Source: an uncultured delta proteobacterium
GTDB lineage: Bacteria; Myxococcota_A; UBA9160; SMWR01
DNA: 64,000 nucleotides
Assembly: GCA_963832165.1 (NCBI GenBank)
Contig: CAWHTE010000011.1
Location: forward strand, 672,001 to 736,000
Direction of reading: 5' to 3'
In this document: piece after piece, positions 9,215 through 18,892 of the stretch
Numbering within the stretch: the stretch's first letter is position 1
Layout of the letters: the number at the start of each line of letters is the position of its first letter
Program-made: the position numbers and the translations under genes
The notes under the pieces: generated by a model
The model's database searches: none
What the model was told of the DNA's origin: nothing
What the model saw: only the letters and a program-made list of their open reading frames with translations

Positions 9215-10857
9215 ACGGCGGCGCCACCGCCCTCGGATCGAGTCTGGCGCAGCGGCGACAGGACTACCGCGACCGCGGACTCCACACGGACGAGCGCATC
9301 GGTTGGCTGCCGGCGCGTGCGGCCGAGCGCTGGCCCGAACGCGATGCCGTCGTCTTCGAGGGTCGCCGCATCACCTTTGCCGAACTGCATGAATGGATCC
9401 TCGCCGTCGCCGGACAGCTGGTGTCGAGGGGTATCGAACGGCGCGATCGCTTGTTGTGGCAGTTGCCGAACTGTCTCGAAGGGCTCGTGCTCCACCTCGC
9501 GGCGTGGCGAATCGGGGCCGTGAGCGTGCCCGTGGTGCCGATCTACCGAGAGCACGAGCTCCGGCACATCCTGGCCGAGGTCCAGCCGCGCGCGGTCGCC
9601 TTCGCAGGATCGCTCGGGGACCGTCATCCGGCCCGCGAGATGGATGCGCTCATGGACGTGATGGGCGTGCGACCCGCGCTCAAGCTCTCGCTCGGACCCG
9701 CTAGAGCCGGCTGGGAGCCGATCCTTTCGACACCATCTCGAGTCGGACCTGCCGCGGCGCCGCGCCTGCCCGATCCGCTGCCCGCCGACGAGTGCTGCCT
9801 CGTGCTCTACACCTCCGGCACGACCTCCGCGCCGAAGGGCGCCATGCACGCATCGCGATCTCTGCTGGCGACGATCCGGCTGTGGCGCGACACTTACTCG
9901 TTCACGCCCGACGACGCCTTCATCATGGGCGCGCCGATCACGCACATCGCCGGTCTGCTGCTGGCGGTATTGACGCCGGCGTCGACGGGTGCGCGGTCGG
10001 TCCTGATGCCGGCCTGGGACGCCGCCCGCGCCGTCTCGCTGTGCGAACAAGAACTCGTCACGTTCTGTTGTGGGGCGAGCGTGTTCCTGCAGGGCTTCGT
10101 CGAGCGCTATGAGACAGGTGAGTCGCCCGCTCACCGGCTGCCGCGATTCATGTGCGGCGGTGCGGCGGTCCCGCCGTCACTGATCGAGCGCGCCGAGGCG
10201 GTCGGGATCCGAGCGTGGCGTTGCTGGGGCATGACAGAGGCGCCGACCGCAACGCTCGCGCTGCCCGGCGACTCCCTGGCGCGCCGCGCGACATACGATG
10301 GTCTTCCGACCGAGGGGTGCGAGATCGAGGCGGTGGACGATGATCGAAGGCCCCTTCCACGCGGCCGGATCGGCGAGCTGCGCCTCCGCTGCCCGCAGCA
10401 GATGCTCGGCTACGCGAACTCCGAGGTGAATGCCGCGCAGACCGATCGCGACGGCTGGTTCTACACGGGCGACGTCGGCCACGTCGATCGCGACGGCTGG
10501 GTCACGATGACGGGCCGCCTCAAGGACATCATCAATCGCGGCGGCGAGAAGTTCTCGTCGCAGGACATCGAGCACGCGATCGCGAGCCATCCCGCCGTGG
10601 AATCGGTCGCGGTGCTCGGCGTGCCCGACGAGCGGCTCGGCGAGGCTGTCGGCGCGTTCGTCGTGGTGCGCCGGGGCAAGACCTGGCCTGGCGACGCGGA
10701 GCTGATCGCACACCTCGAAGCGCAGCGGCTCGCGCGTCAGAAGCTGCCCGTTCACTGGCAGCTGCTAGAGGCGCTCCCGATGACCGCATCCGGCAAGGTG
10801 CAGAAACACGTGCTGCTCGCGCGCTGGCACGGCGAACGGGCGCCGCGCGCGGATTGA
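9211..10857 (+). CDS. AMP-dependent CoA ligase (cyclohexanecarboxylate-CoA ligase-like)
   Basis: YTSGTTSAPKG, WGMTE, GWFYTGD, GRLKDIINRGGEK and TASGKVQK; GTGA overlap with the upstream stop. Confidence 0.9.
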   Translation: MNGGATALGSSLAQRRQDYRDRGLHTDERIGWLPARAAERWPERDAVVFEGRRITFAELHEWILAVAGQLVSRGIERRDRLLWQLPNCLEGLVLHLAAWRIGAVSVPVVPIYREHELRHILAEVQPRAVAFAGSLGDRHPAREMDALMDVMGVRPALKLSLGPARAGWEPILSTPSRVGPAAAPRLPDPLPADECCLVLYTSGTTSAPKGAMHASRSLLATIRLWRDTYSFTPDDAFIMGAPITHIAGLLLAVLTPASTGARSVLMPAWDAARAVSLCEQELVTFCCGASVFLQGFVERYETGESPAHRLPRFMCGGAAVPPSLIERAEAVGIRAWRCWGMTEAPTATLALPGDSLARRATYDGLPTEGCEIEAVDDDRRPLPRGRIGELRLRCPQQMLGYANSEVNAAQTDRDGWFYTGDVGHVDRDGWVTMTGRLKDIINRGGEKFSSQDIEHAIASHPAVESVAVLGVPDERLGEAVGAFVVVRRGKTWPGDAELIAHLEAQRLARQKLPVHWQLLEALPMTASGKVQKHVLLARWHGERAPRAD

Positions 10858-10875
10858 GCGCGCACAGGAAGAAGC

Positions 10876-11766
10876 ATGCGAATTGGATTGCAGTATGTCG
10901 CCTTCGCGTGGCCGCAGGGGTCAGCTGGCATCGCGTCGCGCGTCGCCGACATCGCGCGCGCGGTCGACGACGCCGGATTTGCGAGCCTCTGGGTGGAGGA
11001 TCACTTCTTCCAGATTCCAGCGCAGGGCCCCGCCGACGATCCGATGCTCGAGTCGTACGCGACGCTCGGTCATCTCGCCGCGCTCACCGAGCGCGTGCGG
11101 CTAGGCGTGCTCGTTTCGGGCAACACCTACCGAAATCCGGGGCTGCTCGTGAAATGCGCGACCACGGTCGACGTGCTTTCGAGGGGCCGCGCCTATCTCG
11201 GAGTGGGCACCGGGTGGCTGCGCCGAGAGCATGTAGGGCTGGGCTTCCCACTGCCGTCGGTCGCCGAACGCTTCGAGCGCCTCGAGGAGACGCTGCGGAT
11301 CGCCAGGCAGATGTGGTCGCCCGACGACGGCCCGTTTACCGGAAAGCACTACCGGCTCGCAGAGACGCTCTGCGTTCCGGCTCCGGTCTCGAAGCCACAC
11401 CCGCCGATCCTCGTGGGCGGGATGGGTGAGCGCAAGACGCTGCGCCTAGTCGCGCGCTATGCGGACGCGTGCAACTTCTACGTGGTCGATCGCGGCTCGG
11501 ATGCAGTCGCGCTCTGCGCGAAGCTCGATGTCCTGCGCAGGAGGTGCGACGAGGTCGGCCGGCCGTTCGACGAGATCGAACGCACGTTGCTGCTGGGTAC
11601 TTCGCTCGCTCAACGCGGGGAGACGGCGTCGGAGCTCGTCGCCGCGCTGCGCGAGTTCGCGAGGGCCGGCTTCCAGCACGCGATCCTGATGCTCACTCCG
11701 GGCCGCGAGCTCGAGCTCGTCGACGCGCTGGCCAAGGAGGTGTTGCCGGCGGTGGCGGACGCGTGA
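10876..11766 (+). CDS. LLM class, probable F420-dependent oxidoreductase (Rv1855c-like)
   Basis: LWVEDHFFQI, YRNPGLLVK, PILVGGMGERKTLRLVARYADACN. Confidence 0.88.
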   Translation: MRIGLQYVAFAWPQGSAGIASRVADIARAVDDAGFASLWVEDHFFQIPAQGPADDPMLESYATLGHLAALTERVRLGVLVSGNTYRNPGLLVKCATTVDVLSRGRAYLGVGTGWLRREHVGLGFPLPSVAERFERLEETLRIARQMWSPDDGPFTGKHYRLAETLCVPAPVSKPHPPILVGGMGERKTLRLVARYADACNFYVVDRGSDAVALCAKLDVLRRRCDEVGRPFDEIERTLLLGTSLAQRGETASELVAALREFARAGFQHAILMLTPGRELELVDALAKEVLPAVADA

Positions 11767-11805
11767 TCGGAAGGAACGGCGGATCACGAGCAGGGAGGAG
11801 GTGTC

Positions 11806-12156
11806 GTGGGAGTGGTCCAGAAGGTTGGCATGGTCATCCACCCAGTGGAGTCGCTCGATCGGGCGGTGACGTTCTACACGGAGGCTCTCGGTTTCGCGGT
11901 GCGCTTCCGCGACGGCGATCGCTTCTGTGCGCTCGACGCGGGCGGCGTGACGATCGCGTTGGCGGCGGGTGACGAGCGCATCTGCGACACACCGGCGGTC
12001 TCGTATCGGGTGTCCGACGTCGAAGCGGCTCTCGCAGCACTCGAGGCTGCGGGGGCGAAGCAGATGCGTGCCATTGCAGACGGCCCGCACGAACGCCGCG
12101 CAGTGCTGCGAGATCCAGCGGGCAACCTGTTCGTGATCTATGCGCCGCGCGCCTGA
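11806..12156 (+). CDS. VOC/glyoxalase family protein
   Basis: LDRAVTFYTEALGF and LRDPAGNLF; GGAGGAGG RBS. Confidence 0.88.
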   Translation: MGVVQKVGMVIHPVESLDRAVTFYTEALGFAVRFRDGDRFCALDAGGVTIALAAGDERICDTPAVSYRVSDVEAALAALEAAGAKQMRAIADGPHERRAVLRDPAGNLFVIYAPRA

Positions 12157-12159
12157 GGC

Positions 12160-12207
12160 TTGACCCGGCCTGGTCGCCGCATTTACTGTACGAAGTGCAA
12201 CGAAAAT
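12160..12207 (+). promoter_or_regulatory. Sigma70-like promoter with downstream box
   Basis: TTGACC-N18-TACTGT followed by TGCAACGAAAAT, which matches TGTAACGAAAAT at 169-180 at 11/12 positions. Confidence 0.5.
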
Positions 12208-12223
12208 CAGCCGAGGGGAACTG

Positions 12224-13183
12224 ATGCGTTACGGGGCCGAAGACGAGCGGCCGCACGCCGCCGGTCCGCAAGAGAACTGGCAGGAGAGCGTCTGGCTGCA
12301 GTGGTACGACCCCGAGGTGGGCGTCGGCGGTCTGCATCGCATCGGCCAGGAGGTGAACCGGGGCACGGCGAACGCGCTGTTCTGCCTGGTCAGCGACGAG
12401 GGCACGCGCTTCCGCCGCGTCCTGCCGCTGCTACCGCTGCGCGCCCAAGATCGCGATGGCGTGATCGCAGCCGGAGACGAGTTCTCGATGAGCTACGAGT
12501 CCGGGCGACCGCGCCTCGTTCAACGCCAGCCCGAAGCGGAGATCGATCTCGTCTTCGATGACTTCCACGAGCTCGTCAACCTGTGGGACCTCGGGCGCGA
12601 TCGCGGTCAGGAGCTGATGAGCCAGACCGCAGCGCAGCATTACGAGGTGGGCGGCCGGGTGCGGGGTACGGTGCGGATCGGCGAGCGCTCGCTCCAGATC
12701 GACGGACTCGGCTATCGCGATCACTCGTGGGGTCCCCGCGACTACCGCGCATGGCTCTCGCACCGATGGGTCGCGGGCACGTTCGGACCGGCGCTGACCT
12801 ACTCGCTCATCACGATGCACGGCGCGCGTGGGGAGTTGATCCGCACCGGCTACGTCGTCCGCGACGGAAAGCCGACGGTCGCTTCCGAAGTCGACATCGT
12901 GGCCTACCTGGAGCCGGACGGCTTCACGCACCGCGGAGGCCGGGCCGTCGCGCGCCTGAGCGACGGCGACGAACTCCGCTTCGACTTCGAGCTCGTCGAC
13001 GGCATGGTGTGGGGACTCCATGGTCTGGCCGGGCTCGATACGATCTGCGTTGCGCGCTGCGGCGAGCTGGTGGGGCAGGGCGACTTCGAGATGACGAACA
13101 ATGCGACGAACGGACGCGATCCGATCACGCTCGCGATTGGCGCCACGCTCGAGGACGGTCTGACCCGGCGCCCCGCGCGTTAG
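12224..13183 (+). CDS. Conserved hypothetical beta-rich protein (DUF7064/DUF7065-like)
   Basis: WQESVW, HYEVGGRVRG and GLGYRDHSWGPR motifs. Confidence 0.7.
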   Translation: MRYGAEDERPHAAGPQENWQESVWLQWYDPEVGVGGLHRIGQEVNRGTANALFCLVSDEGTRFRRVLPLLPLRAQDRDGVIAAGDEFSMSYESGRPRLVQRQPEAEIDLVFDDFHELVNLWDLGRDRGQELMSQTAAQHYEVGGRVRGTVRIGERSLQIDGLGYRDHSWGPRDYRAWLSHRWVAGTFGPALTYSLITMHGARGELIRTGYVVRDGKPTVASEVDIVAYLEPDGFTHRGGRAVARLSDGDELRFDFELVDGMVWGLHGLAGLDTICVARCGELVGQGDFEMTNNATNGRDPITLAIGATLEDGLTRRPAR

Positions 13184-14631
13184 CTCGCGTCGAGCACGGC
13201 TCGCGCCTGCGATTCGACGACCGTGCCGTCGAAGAAGCGCGGGTTGACCCGGCCGTAGAAGCGGACGACGTTGCGGAAGGCGAAGTCGGCGAAATCCGAT
13301 TCGTCGAGCCGCCCCTCCTCGACCGCCTCGAAGGCCTCGACGACGACTTCGCGCATGTCGGGAACGTCCCAATGCCCGATGTCGGAGCTGAACATGGCAT
13401 TGAGGGCGACGCCGAGCGGATTGAGGCTGCGGTCGAACGCGACCGCGTTCATCCGGTCGTCGGCCTCGCAGCCGAAGTAGAAGCGCGACGCGAATCGGCT
13501 TCGGAAGTCGTCGATCGACTCGATTCCACAATGCCGCCACTCGTCGATCGTCTCCGGATCCTCGAGGTCGCCCTCCATCGCACGGTGGCTGACACTCGTG
13601 CGCGTCAGCGTCTTCCGGAACCGCTCGTCGCCGTAGCGTTCGACGAGGTCGTCGAACAGAGAGCGGTCGACACGGATCGGGTTGTAGCGCTGCACATCGG
13701 GCAGCTTCCGCTTCTGCCAGTGTCCGATCAGATCCGCTAGCAGGCCGACCGCCCTGGCGACACCGCCTTCGAGGAATCCGAAGTGAAGATCGGGAAAGCG
13801 GTGGGTGACGCCGCCCAGGAACAGCGACTTCGCGAGGAACTCGGCGCTCGCTGCGAAATGGCCGATGTGGTTGAACATGTAGTTGGATGGCGAGCGGCGA
13901 TCGGGCCAGCCCATCCCGATCGAGTGGAACGTGGGCGCGACGCCGAGCTCCTGGCAACGCCTCCAGACGGGGTCGTAGTCGTAGGCGCTGTCGAGGCCGT
14001 AACCGTCGGGCCAGCTCCGGTACGGGTCTTGGTCCGCGGAACCCACCGTGCGCCGCTCGGTGTGATTCATCACGACGGCCTTGAGCCCCAGCGTCTGTAC
14101 TGCGTAGTCGAGCTCCTCGATCGCCTCCTCGGGGGTCGTCATCGGAATCACGCCGACGGGCGCGATGCGATCCGCGTAGCGACCGTACAGCTCCGCGTAG
14201 TAATGATTCAGCGCTCGGCTTGCGCCGCGGCGGAGCTCTGCCTCGGGAATGTACGAGACGAGCAGTCCGCGACTGGGGAACAGCACCACGAAGTCGAGGC
14301 CGAGCTCGTCGAGGCGTTCGTACAGCAGCCTAGGCAGACTTGCGGTCGCGAGGTCGAGCGTATTCTCGGCGGGCAGGGCCCAGAATCCCGGCCGTACCAC
14401 GCGGCGCGCGGCGCGCTGGTCTCGCGATAGGCCATACCACTCCCACGCGACCGGGCCGAAGCCACCCTTTGCAAAACGCGCGGCCAGCGCATCTGCGACG
14501 CCCTGGCCGGCCACCTCCCGCACGAACTGTGCGACGAGCGGGTCGTATTCCACGAGATGCCCGTCGGCGTCGACGATCGGATGGCGCAGGCGGGCACGGA
14601 CCTGCGCAGCGCGGGTCGAGTGGGTCCTCAT
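13180..14631 (-). CDS. Amidohydrolase family 2 protein
   Basis: HPIVDADGH, YDYDPVW, FLEGG, FGCEADD, FSSDIGHWD. Confidence 0.9.
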   Translation of the reverse strand: MRTHSTRAAQVRARLRHPIVDADGHLVEYDPLVAQFVREVAGQGVADALAARFAKGGFGPVAWEWYGLSRDQRAARRVVRPGFWALPAENTLDLATASLPRLLYERLDELGLDFVVLFPSRGLLVSYIPEAELRRGASRALNHYYAELYGRYADRIAPVGVIPMTTPEEAIEELDYAVQTLGLKAVVMNHTERRTVGSADQDPYRSWPDGYGLDSAYDYDPVWRRCQELGVAPTFHSIGMGWPDRRSPSNYMFNHIGHFAASAEFLAKSLFLGGVTHRFPDLHFGFLEGGVARAVGLLADLIGHWQKRKLPDVQRYNPIRVDRSLFDDLVERYGDERFRKTLTRTSVSHRAMEGDLEDPETIDEWRHCGIESIDDFRSRFASRFYFGCEADDRMNAVAFDRSLNPLGVALNAMFSSDIGHWDVPDMREVVVEAFEAVEEGRLDESDFADFAFRNVVRFYGRVNPRFFDGTVVESQARAVLDAS

Positions 14632-14746
14632 CTGCGCCCATCGTGATTCCGGGTTCCCGTCACAGTCAAGCTATTTTTGGTACATCTGTGTCGATTTCGA
14701 GCACCCTTGTCCGGACGCGGGTCGCTTCGAACGGAAGGGCTGAAGG

Positions 14747-15976
14747 ATGTTCTACGGCTGGCGGATGGTGGCCGTCGCGTTCGCCGCGCACGGCCTCTCG
14801 ACGGGGTTGGGGTTTTATGCGCTTCCCCGCCTGCTCGTTCCGCTCGCGGACGAGTTCGCCGGTGGGCAGCGAACGGCCGTCTCGATGCTCGCGGTCGCTA
14901 TCAGCCTCGCCACGGTGGTCGCCGCACCGATCGTCGGTGTCGCGCTCTCGCGTTTCCCGCTGCGCGCACTGATGCCGTGCGGCGCGGTGTGCCTCGGGTT
15001 GGGATTTGCCGCCGCTTCGCAGGCCACGGCGCTCTGGCACCTCGCACTCATCTATTCGTCGGCCGTGCCGATCGCCATCCTCGCGCTGTCTTCGCTCGGA
15101 GCGAACGCGCTCGTCGCGAACTGGTTCGATCGCCGACGTCCGCTCGCACTGGGAATCGCGCAGCTCGGGCTCGCCTTCGCGGGCGCGTTCGTGACCTACT
15201 TCATCAGCTGGACGCTCGCGTCGGGCGGCAGCTCGCGGCGGACCTATGGCTGGTTCGCGATCATCGCTCTTCTGGCAGCGCCGCTCTTGTGGGCCACGAT
15301 TCGCGACCGCCCCGCCGATATCGGACTGCACCCCGACGGCCGCGAGCACGGCGCCGATCCGATGCAGGCTCGCGCTGCGGCGCCGAGCTTCACCCAGGCG
15401 CTGCGCGATCGTAACTTGTGGCGGGTGAGCGTGCTCGCGGGTCTCGCCTACTGCGGCACCACCGGATGGATGCAGAATGCGCATGCCTTCGCTACCGACG
15501 CGGGCTTCGCCGTCAGCGCTGCCGATACCCTGTTCGCTTCGATCTCGCTGGGGGCGGCGCTCGGGAAGGTGGCGATCGGTTGGCTCGGCGTGAGGTTCGG
15601 CGAGCAGGCCGCGCTCTGGATCGCTCTCGCCATCGAGTTCGTCGCCTTGGCGATCTGGCCCGCAGCGCTCCCATCGCTGCCGTTGCTGCTCGGCGTAGGT
15701 CTCGCGTTCGGGATCGCGCTCGGGGGACTGTCGCCCGCGATCTCGGCGTTGCTGGCGCGGATCTACGGCTCGGAGAGTCTCGGGCCCGTGCTCGGCTACA
15801 TGACCCCGATGCTGGTTCCGTTCCAGATGGTGGGCGCGCCGGTCGCGTCCGCCGTGAGGGATTGGACCGGCGCCTACGATCTCGCGCTCTACGGCTTCGC
15901 CGCGTCCTCGCTCGTCGCCGCGCTGCTCCTGTCGTCCGTGCGGATCCCGGACCGATCCGACCCGGAACCGCGATGA
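14747..15976 (+). CDS. MFS transporter
   Basis: About 12 hydrophobic segments; FYGW start; NWFDRRRPLALGI. Confidence 0.9.
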   Translation: MFYGWRMVAVAFAAHGLSTGLGFYALPRLLVPLADEFAGGQRTAVSMLAVAISLATVVAAPIVGVALSRFPLRALMPCGAVCLGLGFAAASQATALWHLALIYSSAVPIAILALSSLGANALVANWFDRRRPLALGIAQLGLAFAGAFVTYFISWTLASGGSSRRTYGWFAIIALLAAPLLWATIRDRPADIGLHPDGREHGADPMQARAAAPSFTQALRDRNLWRVSVLAGLAYCGTTGWMQNAHAFATDAGFAVSAADTLFASISLGAALGKVAIGWLGVRFGEQAALWIALAIEFVALAIWPAALPSLPLLLGVGLAFGIALGGLSPAISALLARIYGSESLGPVLGYMTPMLVPFQMVGAPVASAVRDWTGAYDLALYGFAASSLVAALLLSSVRIPDRSDPEPR

Positions 15977-15980
15977 GCAG

Positions 15981-17438
15981 TCATCGCTCCGCGAGCAGCC
16001 GTTCCGCCTCGGCCTCGACCGCGGTACCCGCAAAGAAGCACGGATTGGCGCCGCCGTGCAGGCGCACGACGTTCGCGAACACGAAATCGCGGAACTGCGC
16101 GGCATCGAGTCCCGATCCGTGAGCTTCTTCGACGACCTCGCGCATGTCCTCCACGTCCCAGTGTCCGAAATCGCTGCTGAAGACGGCGCGCAGCGGCTCG
16201 CGGAGCGGAACGGTGAGCGGGTTCATGCCGATCGGTGTGGTCGCATCATCGGCCTCGCAGCCGAGATAGAAGCTGCGGACGAAGAGGTCGCGGATGTCCT
16301 CGACGCATTCGATCCGACAGGCCGCCCATTCGTCGAGCCCGGCGGGATCCTCCTCGTTCGCGCCGAGCCCCGCGATCGAGAGCAGGTCATCCCGAGTAGC
16401 CACGTGCTTCTCGACTAGCGGGCCGCCGTAGCGGCCGAACAGCTCGGCGAGCAGTGCTAGGTCGAGCTCTTTCGGGTCGAGTCGGTGGATTTCTCTCGCG
16501 TTGCGCTTCTGCCAGTATCCGATCGTGTCGTTCAGCAACGAAATCGCCCAGAGTACGCCGGCCTCGAGGAACGCGAATCGCAGCCGCGGGAAGCGCCGCG
16601 TGACGCCGCCCATGAAGAGCGACTTCGCGAGGTGTTCGTGCGCCGATGTGAACATGCCCAGATGGTTGAACATGTAGTTCGAGATCGAGCGGCGGGTGCC
16701 GCGTCCCAGGAAGTTCGAGTGCACTGTGGGAGCGACGCCGAGCTCGACGCATTTTGCCCAGACGGGATCGTAGTCGTACTCGCTGTCGAGGCCGAATGAG
16801 TCATACCAGTACGGCTCGCGGCTTCCCGGCGGCGGGCTCTTCACCCGGCGCTCGACGAAGCCCGCGATCGTCACGACCTTCAGACCGAGCTGCGACACCG
16901 CATGTTCGAGCTCCTCGATGGCCTCGTCGGGTGTGTGCATTGGGATCACTGCCGCGGGCGTCAGGCGATCCGTCAGGCCCGCGAACACCTCGGCATGGTG
17001 GGTGTTGAGTGCGCGGCACACGCAGCGGCGCAGCGCTTCGTCCTCGACGTGCGCGAATTCGAGTCCGACGGTCGGATAGACGATGGCGAAGTCGACACCC
17101 AGCTCATCGAGCCGCTCGTAGAGCAAGGCCGGTAGCAACGCGGTCGCGCGGTCGAGCGTGTTGCGCGTCGGCAGGCCCCACCAGCCGGGCCGCGCGACGC
17201 GCTGTGCGCGCCGCTGCTCCGCACTCAGCGCGTACCACGAGAGCCGCACCGGACCAGACGGATCTGCGAAATAACGCGACTGCAGATCGCGGACGAGCTG
17301 CGGACCACCGAGGTCGCGCATCCGGTCGAAGACCGCCGGCATGAACTCCACGGCGTGTGCGTCGGCGTCGATCACGGGATGCGGGAGACGCTCGCGTAGT
17401 CGGGCCGAGCCCGTCTCTCGTCGGCGCCCAGTGGACAC
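15981..17438 (-). CDS. Amidohydrolase family 2 protein (paralog of 13180..14631)
   Basis: HPVIDADAH, YDYDPVW, FLEAG, LGCEADD, FSSDFGHWD; GGAGG RBS. Confidence 0.9.
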   Translation of the reverse strand: MSTGRRRETGSARLRERLPHPVIDADAHAVEFMPAVFDRMRDLGGPQLVRDLQSRYFADPSGPVRLSWYALSAEQRRAQRVARPGWWGLPTRNTLDRATALLPALLYERLDELGVDFAIVYPTVGLEFAHVEDEALRRCVCRALNTHHAEVFAGLTDRLTPAAVIPMHTPDEAIEELEHAVSQLGLKVVTIAGFVERRVKSPPPGSREPYWYDSFGLDSEYDYDPVWAKCVELGVAPTVHSNFLGRGTRRSISNYMFNHLGMFTSAHEHLAKSLFMGGVTRRFPRLRFAFLEAGVLWAISLLNDTIGYWQKRNAREIHRLDPKELDLALLAELFGRYGGPLVEKHVATRDDLLSIAGLGANEEDPAGLDEWAACRIECVEDIRDLFVRSFYLGCEADDATTPIGMNPLTVPLREPLRAVFSSDFGHWDVEDMREVVEEAHGSGLDAAQFRDFVFANVVRLHGGANPCFFAGTAVEAEAERLLAER

Positions 17439-17710
17439 GCGTCACACCTCCTATTCAATTACCGTGCGGAGGTGTACGATTCTATGGCAGCGTCGCGCGG
17501 TGCGCTGCGGAGGCTCGACGACGTGAAGATGCATTCACCCTCCGGCGCGCGGCTCGAGCAGCAGCTCCTGGGCGACCCGCATGACGAGGTCGTCGGACGG
17601 CCCAAGCGCGTGTTCACCGCACTGGCGTGTACCCACGAGGCCATGACGGTGGCCTGGTCGTAGACGAGGCACGGAAGCGGTTCACTTAGTTACAGCACGA
17701 GTCGGCAGCG

Positions 17711-18346
17711 ATGGTTCGCCCCCGGACACCCACCCAGCGACGCAGAGCGGGACGCAGACGAAACCCGAAACAAGACATCCTGCGTGCGACGGAGTCCTTG
17801 CTGCTCGATCGCGGTCTGGATGGCTTCTCGATCCGGCGCCTGTCGGAGCGATGTGGCTACCGTGCTCCCACCATCTATCACTACTTCGGCGATCGCCGCG
17901 GCCTGCTGGACGCGCTGCTCGAGGAGCGTTTTAGCGGGCTGCTCGAGCAGCTGGAGCGCGTCCCGCTCGGTGGCGACGAGCTCGCGGATCTGCGCGCGCT
18001 CTCACGAGCGCTCGTTGCGTTCGGTCTCGCGAACCCGAGCCACTACGCGGTGCTCGCGGCGCCGCGAGCCGAGGGCGAGCCTGCGCCGGCCGCGTCGGAC
18101 GTCGCGCGTCGGATCCTGGAGAAACCCTTCGAGTCGCTGCACCGCAGCGGCCGGCTCGTGACACGAGAGGTCGAGACGGCGCAGCAATCGCTATGGGTGT
18201 TCCTGCACGGATTCATCACGCTGCACGTGACGCGACCCGACATGCAATGGTCGCCCGACCTGCTCGACGCGGGTCTCGACGCGCTGCTCGGGGGACTGGT
18301 GCATCCGGCCTCGCCGCAAGCGGACGCGGGCAATGCGCCCCGGTAG
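17711..18346 (+). CDS. TetR/AcrR family regulator
   Basis: HTH GLDGFSIRRLSERCGYRAPTIYHYFG; LWVFLHG C-terminal motif. Confidence 0.9.
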   Translation: MVRPRTPTQRRRAGRRRNPKQDILRATESLLLDRGLDGFSIRRLSERCGYRAPTIYHYFGDRRGLLDALLEERFSGLLEQLERVPLGGDELADLRALSRALVAFGLANPSHYAVLAAPRAEGEPAPAASDVARRILEKPFESLHRSGRLVTREVETAQQSLWVFLHGFITLHVTRPDMQWSPDLLDAGLDALLGGLVHPASPQADAGNAPR

Positions 18347-18385
18347 CGTCGATGCGCTCCCTGCGAATCAAAACGGAGGAACGCG

Positions 18386-18892
18386 ATGAAGTTCCGATAC
18401 AGCCGCGACGTTCACTGCCCGCAGAAGATCGCATTCGACTACTACTGCGAGCGCGACAACGATCTGGAGTGGTGGGAGGGAGTGATCGAGAGCCGCCGCA
18501 TCTCGGCGATCCGGCAGGGAATCGGGGAGACGGTGCGCCAGACCTGCAAGGTATGGGGCATTCCCTTCCCGTTCGAGATCGAGATCGAGGTGGTGGAGTG
18601 GGACTACCCGAACCGGTATCGCGAGGTCAATCGCGGCAGCGCGACCCCCTACGATTGCTGGTACGCCGTCGAGAAGCTCGACGCAGATCACAGCCGCGTC
18701 GTCCTCGAGGGCGAGGTGTGGTTCCGTGGGCTCGGCTGGTTGTTTTCACCGATCGCCCGGGCCCTGCTCGACCGCCAGTCGCACCGCAACTTCGACAGGC
18801 TGAAGCAGCGCCTCGACGAGATCGGAGCGGCGCATCGGGCCGTGAGCCCGACGACGCTCGCGCCCCAGCCGCTCAGCGCAGCTCGTCCTTGA
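18386..18892 (+). CDS. SRPBCC/START-like ligand-binding protein
   Basis: AFDY..NDLEWWEGV, EVVEWDYP and C-terminal helix FDRLKQRLD; GGAGG RBS. Confidence 0.8.
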   Translation: MKFRYSRDVHCPQKIAFDYYCERDNDLEWWEGVIESRRISAIRQGIGETVRQTCKVWGIPFPFEIEIEVVEWDYPNRYREVNRGSATPYDCWYAVEKLDADHSRVVLEGEVWFRGLGWLFSPIARALLDRQSHRNFDRLKQRLDEIGAAHRAVSPTTLAPQPLSAARP

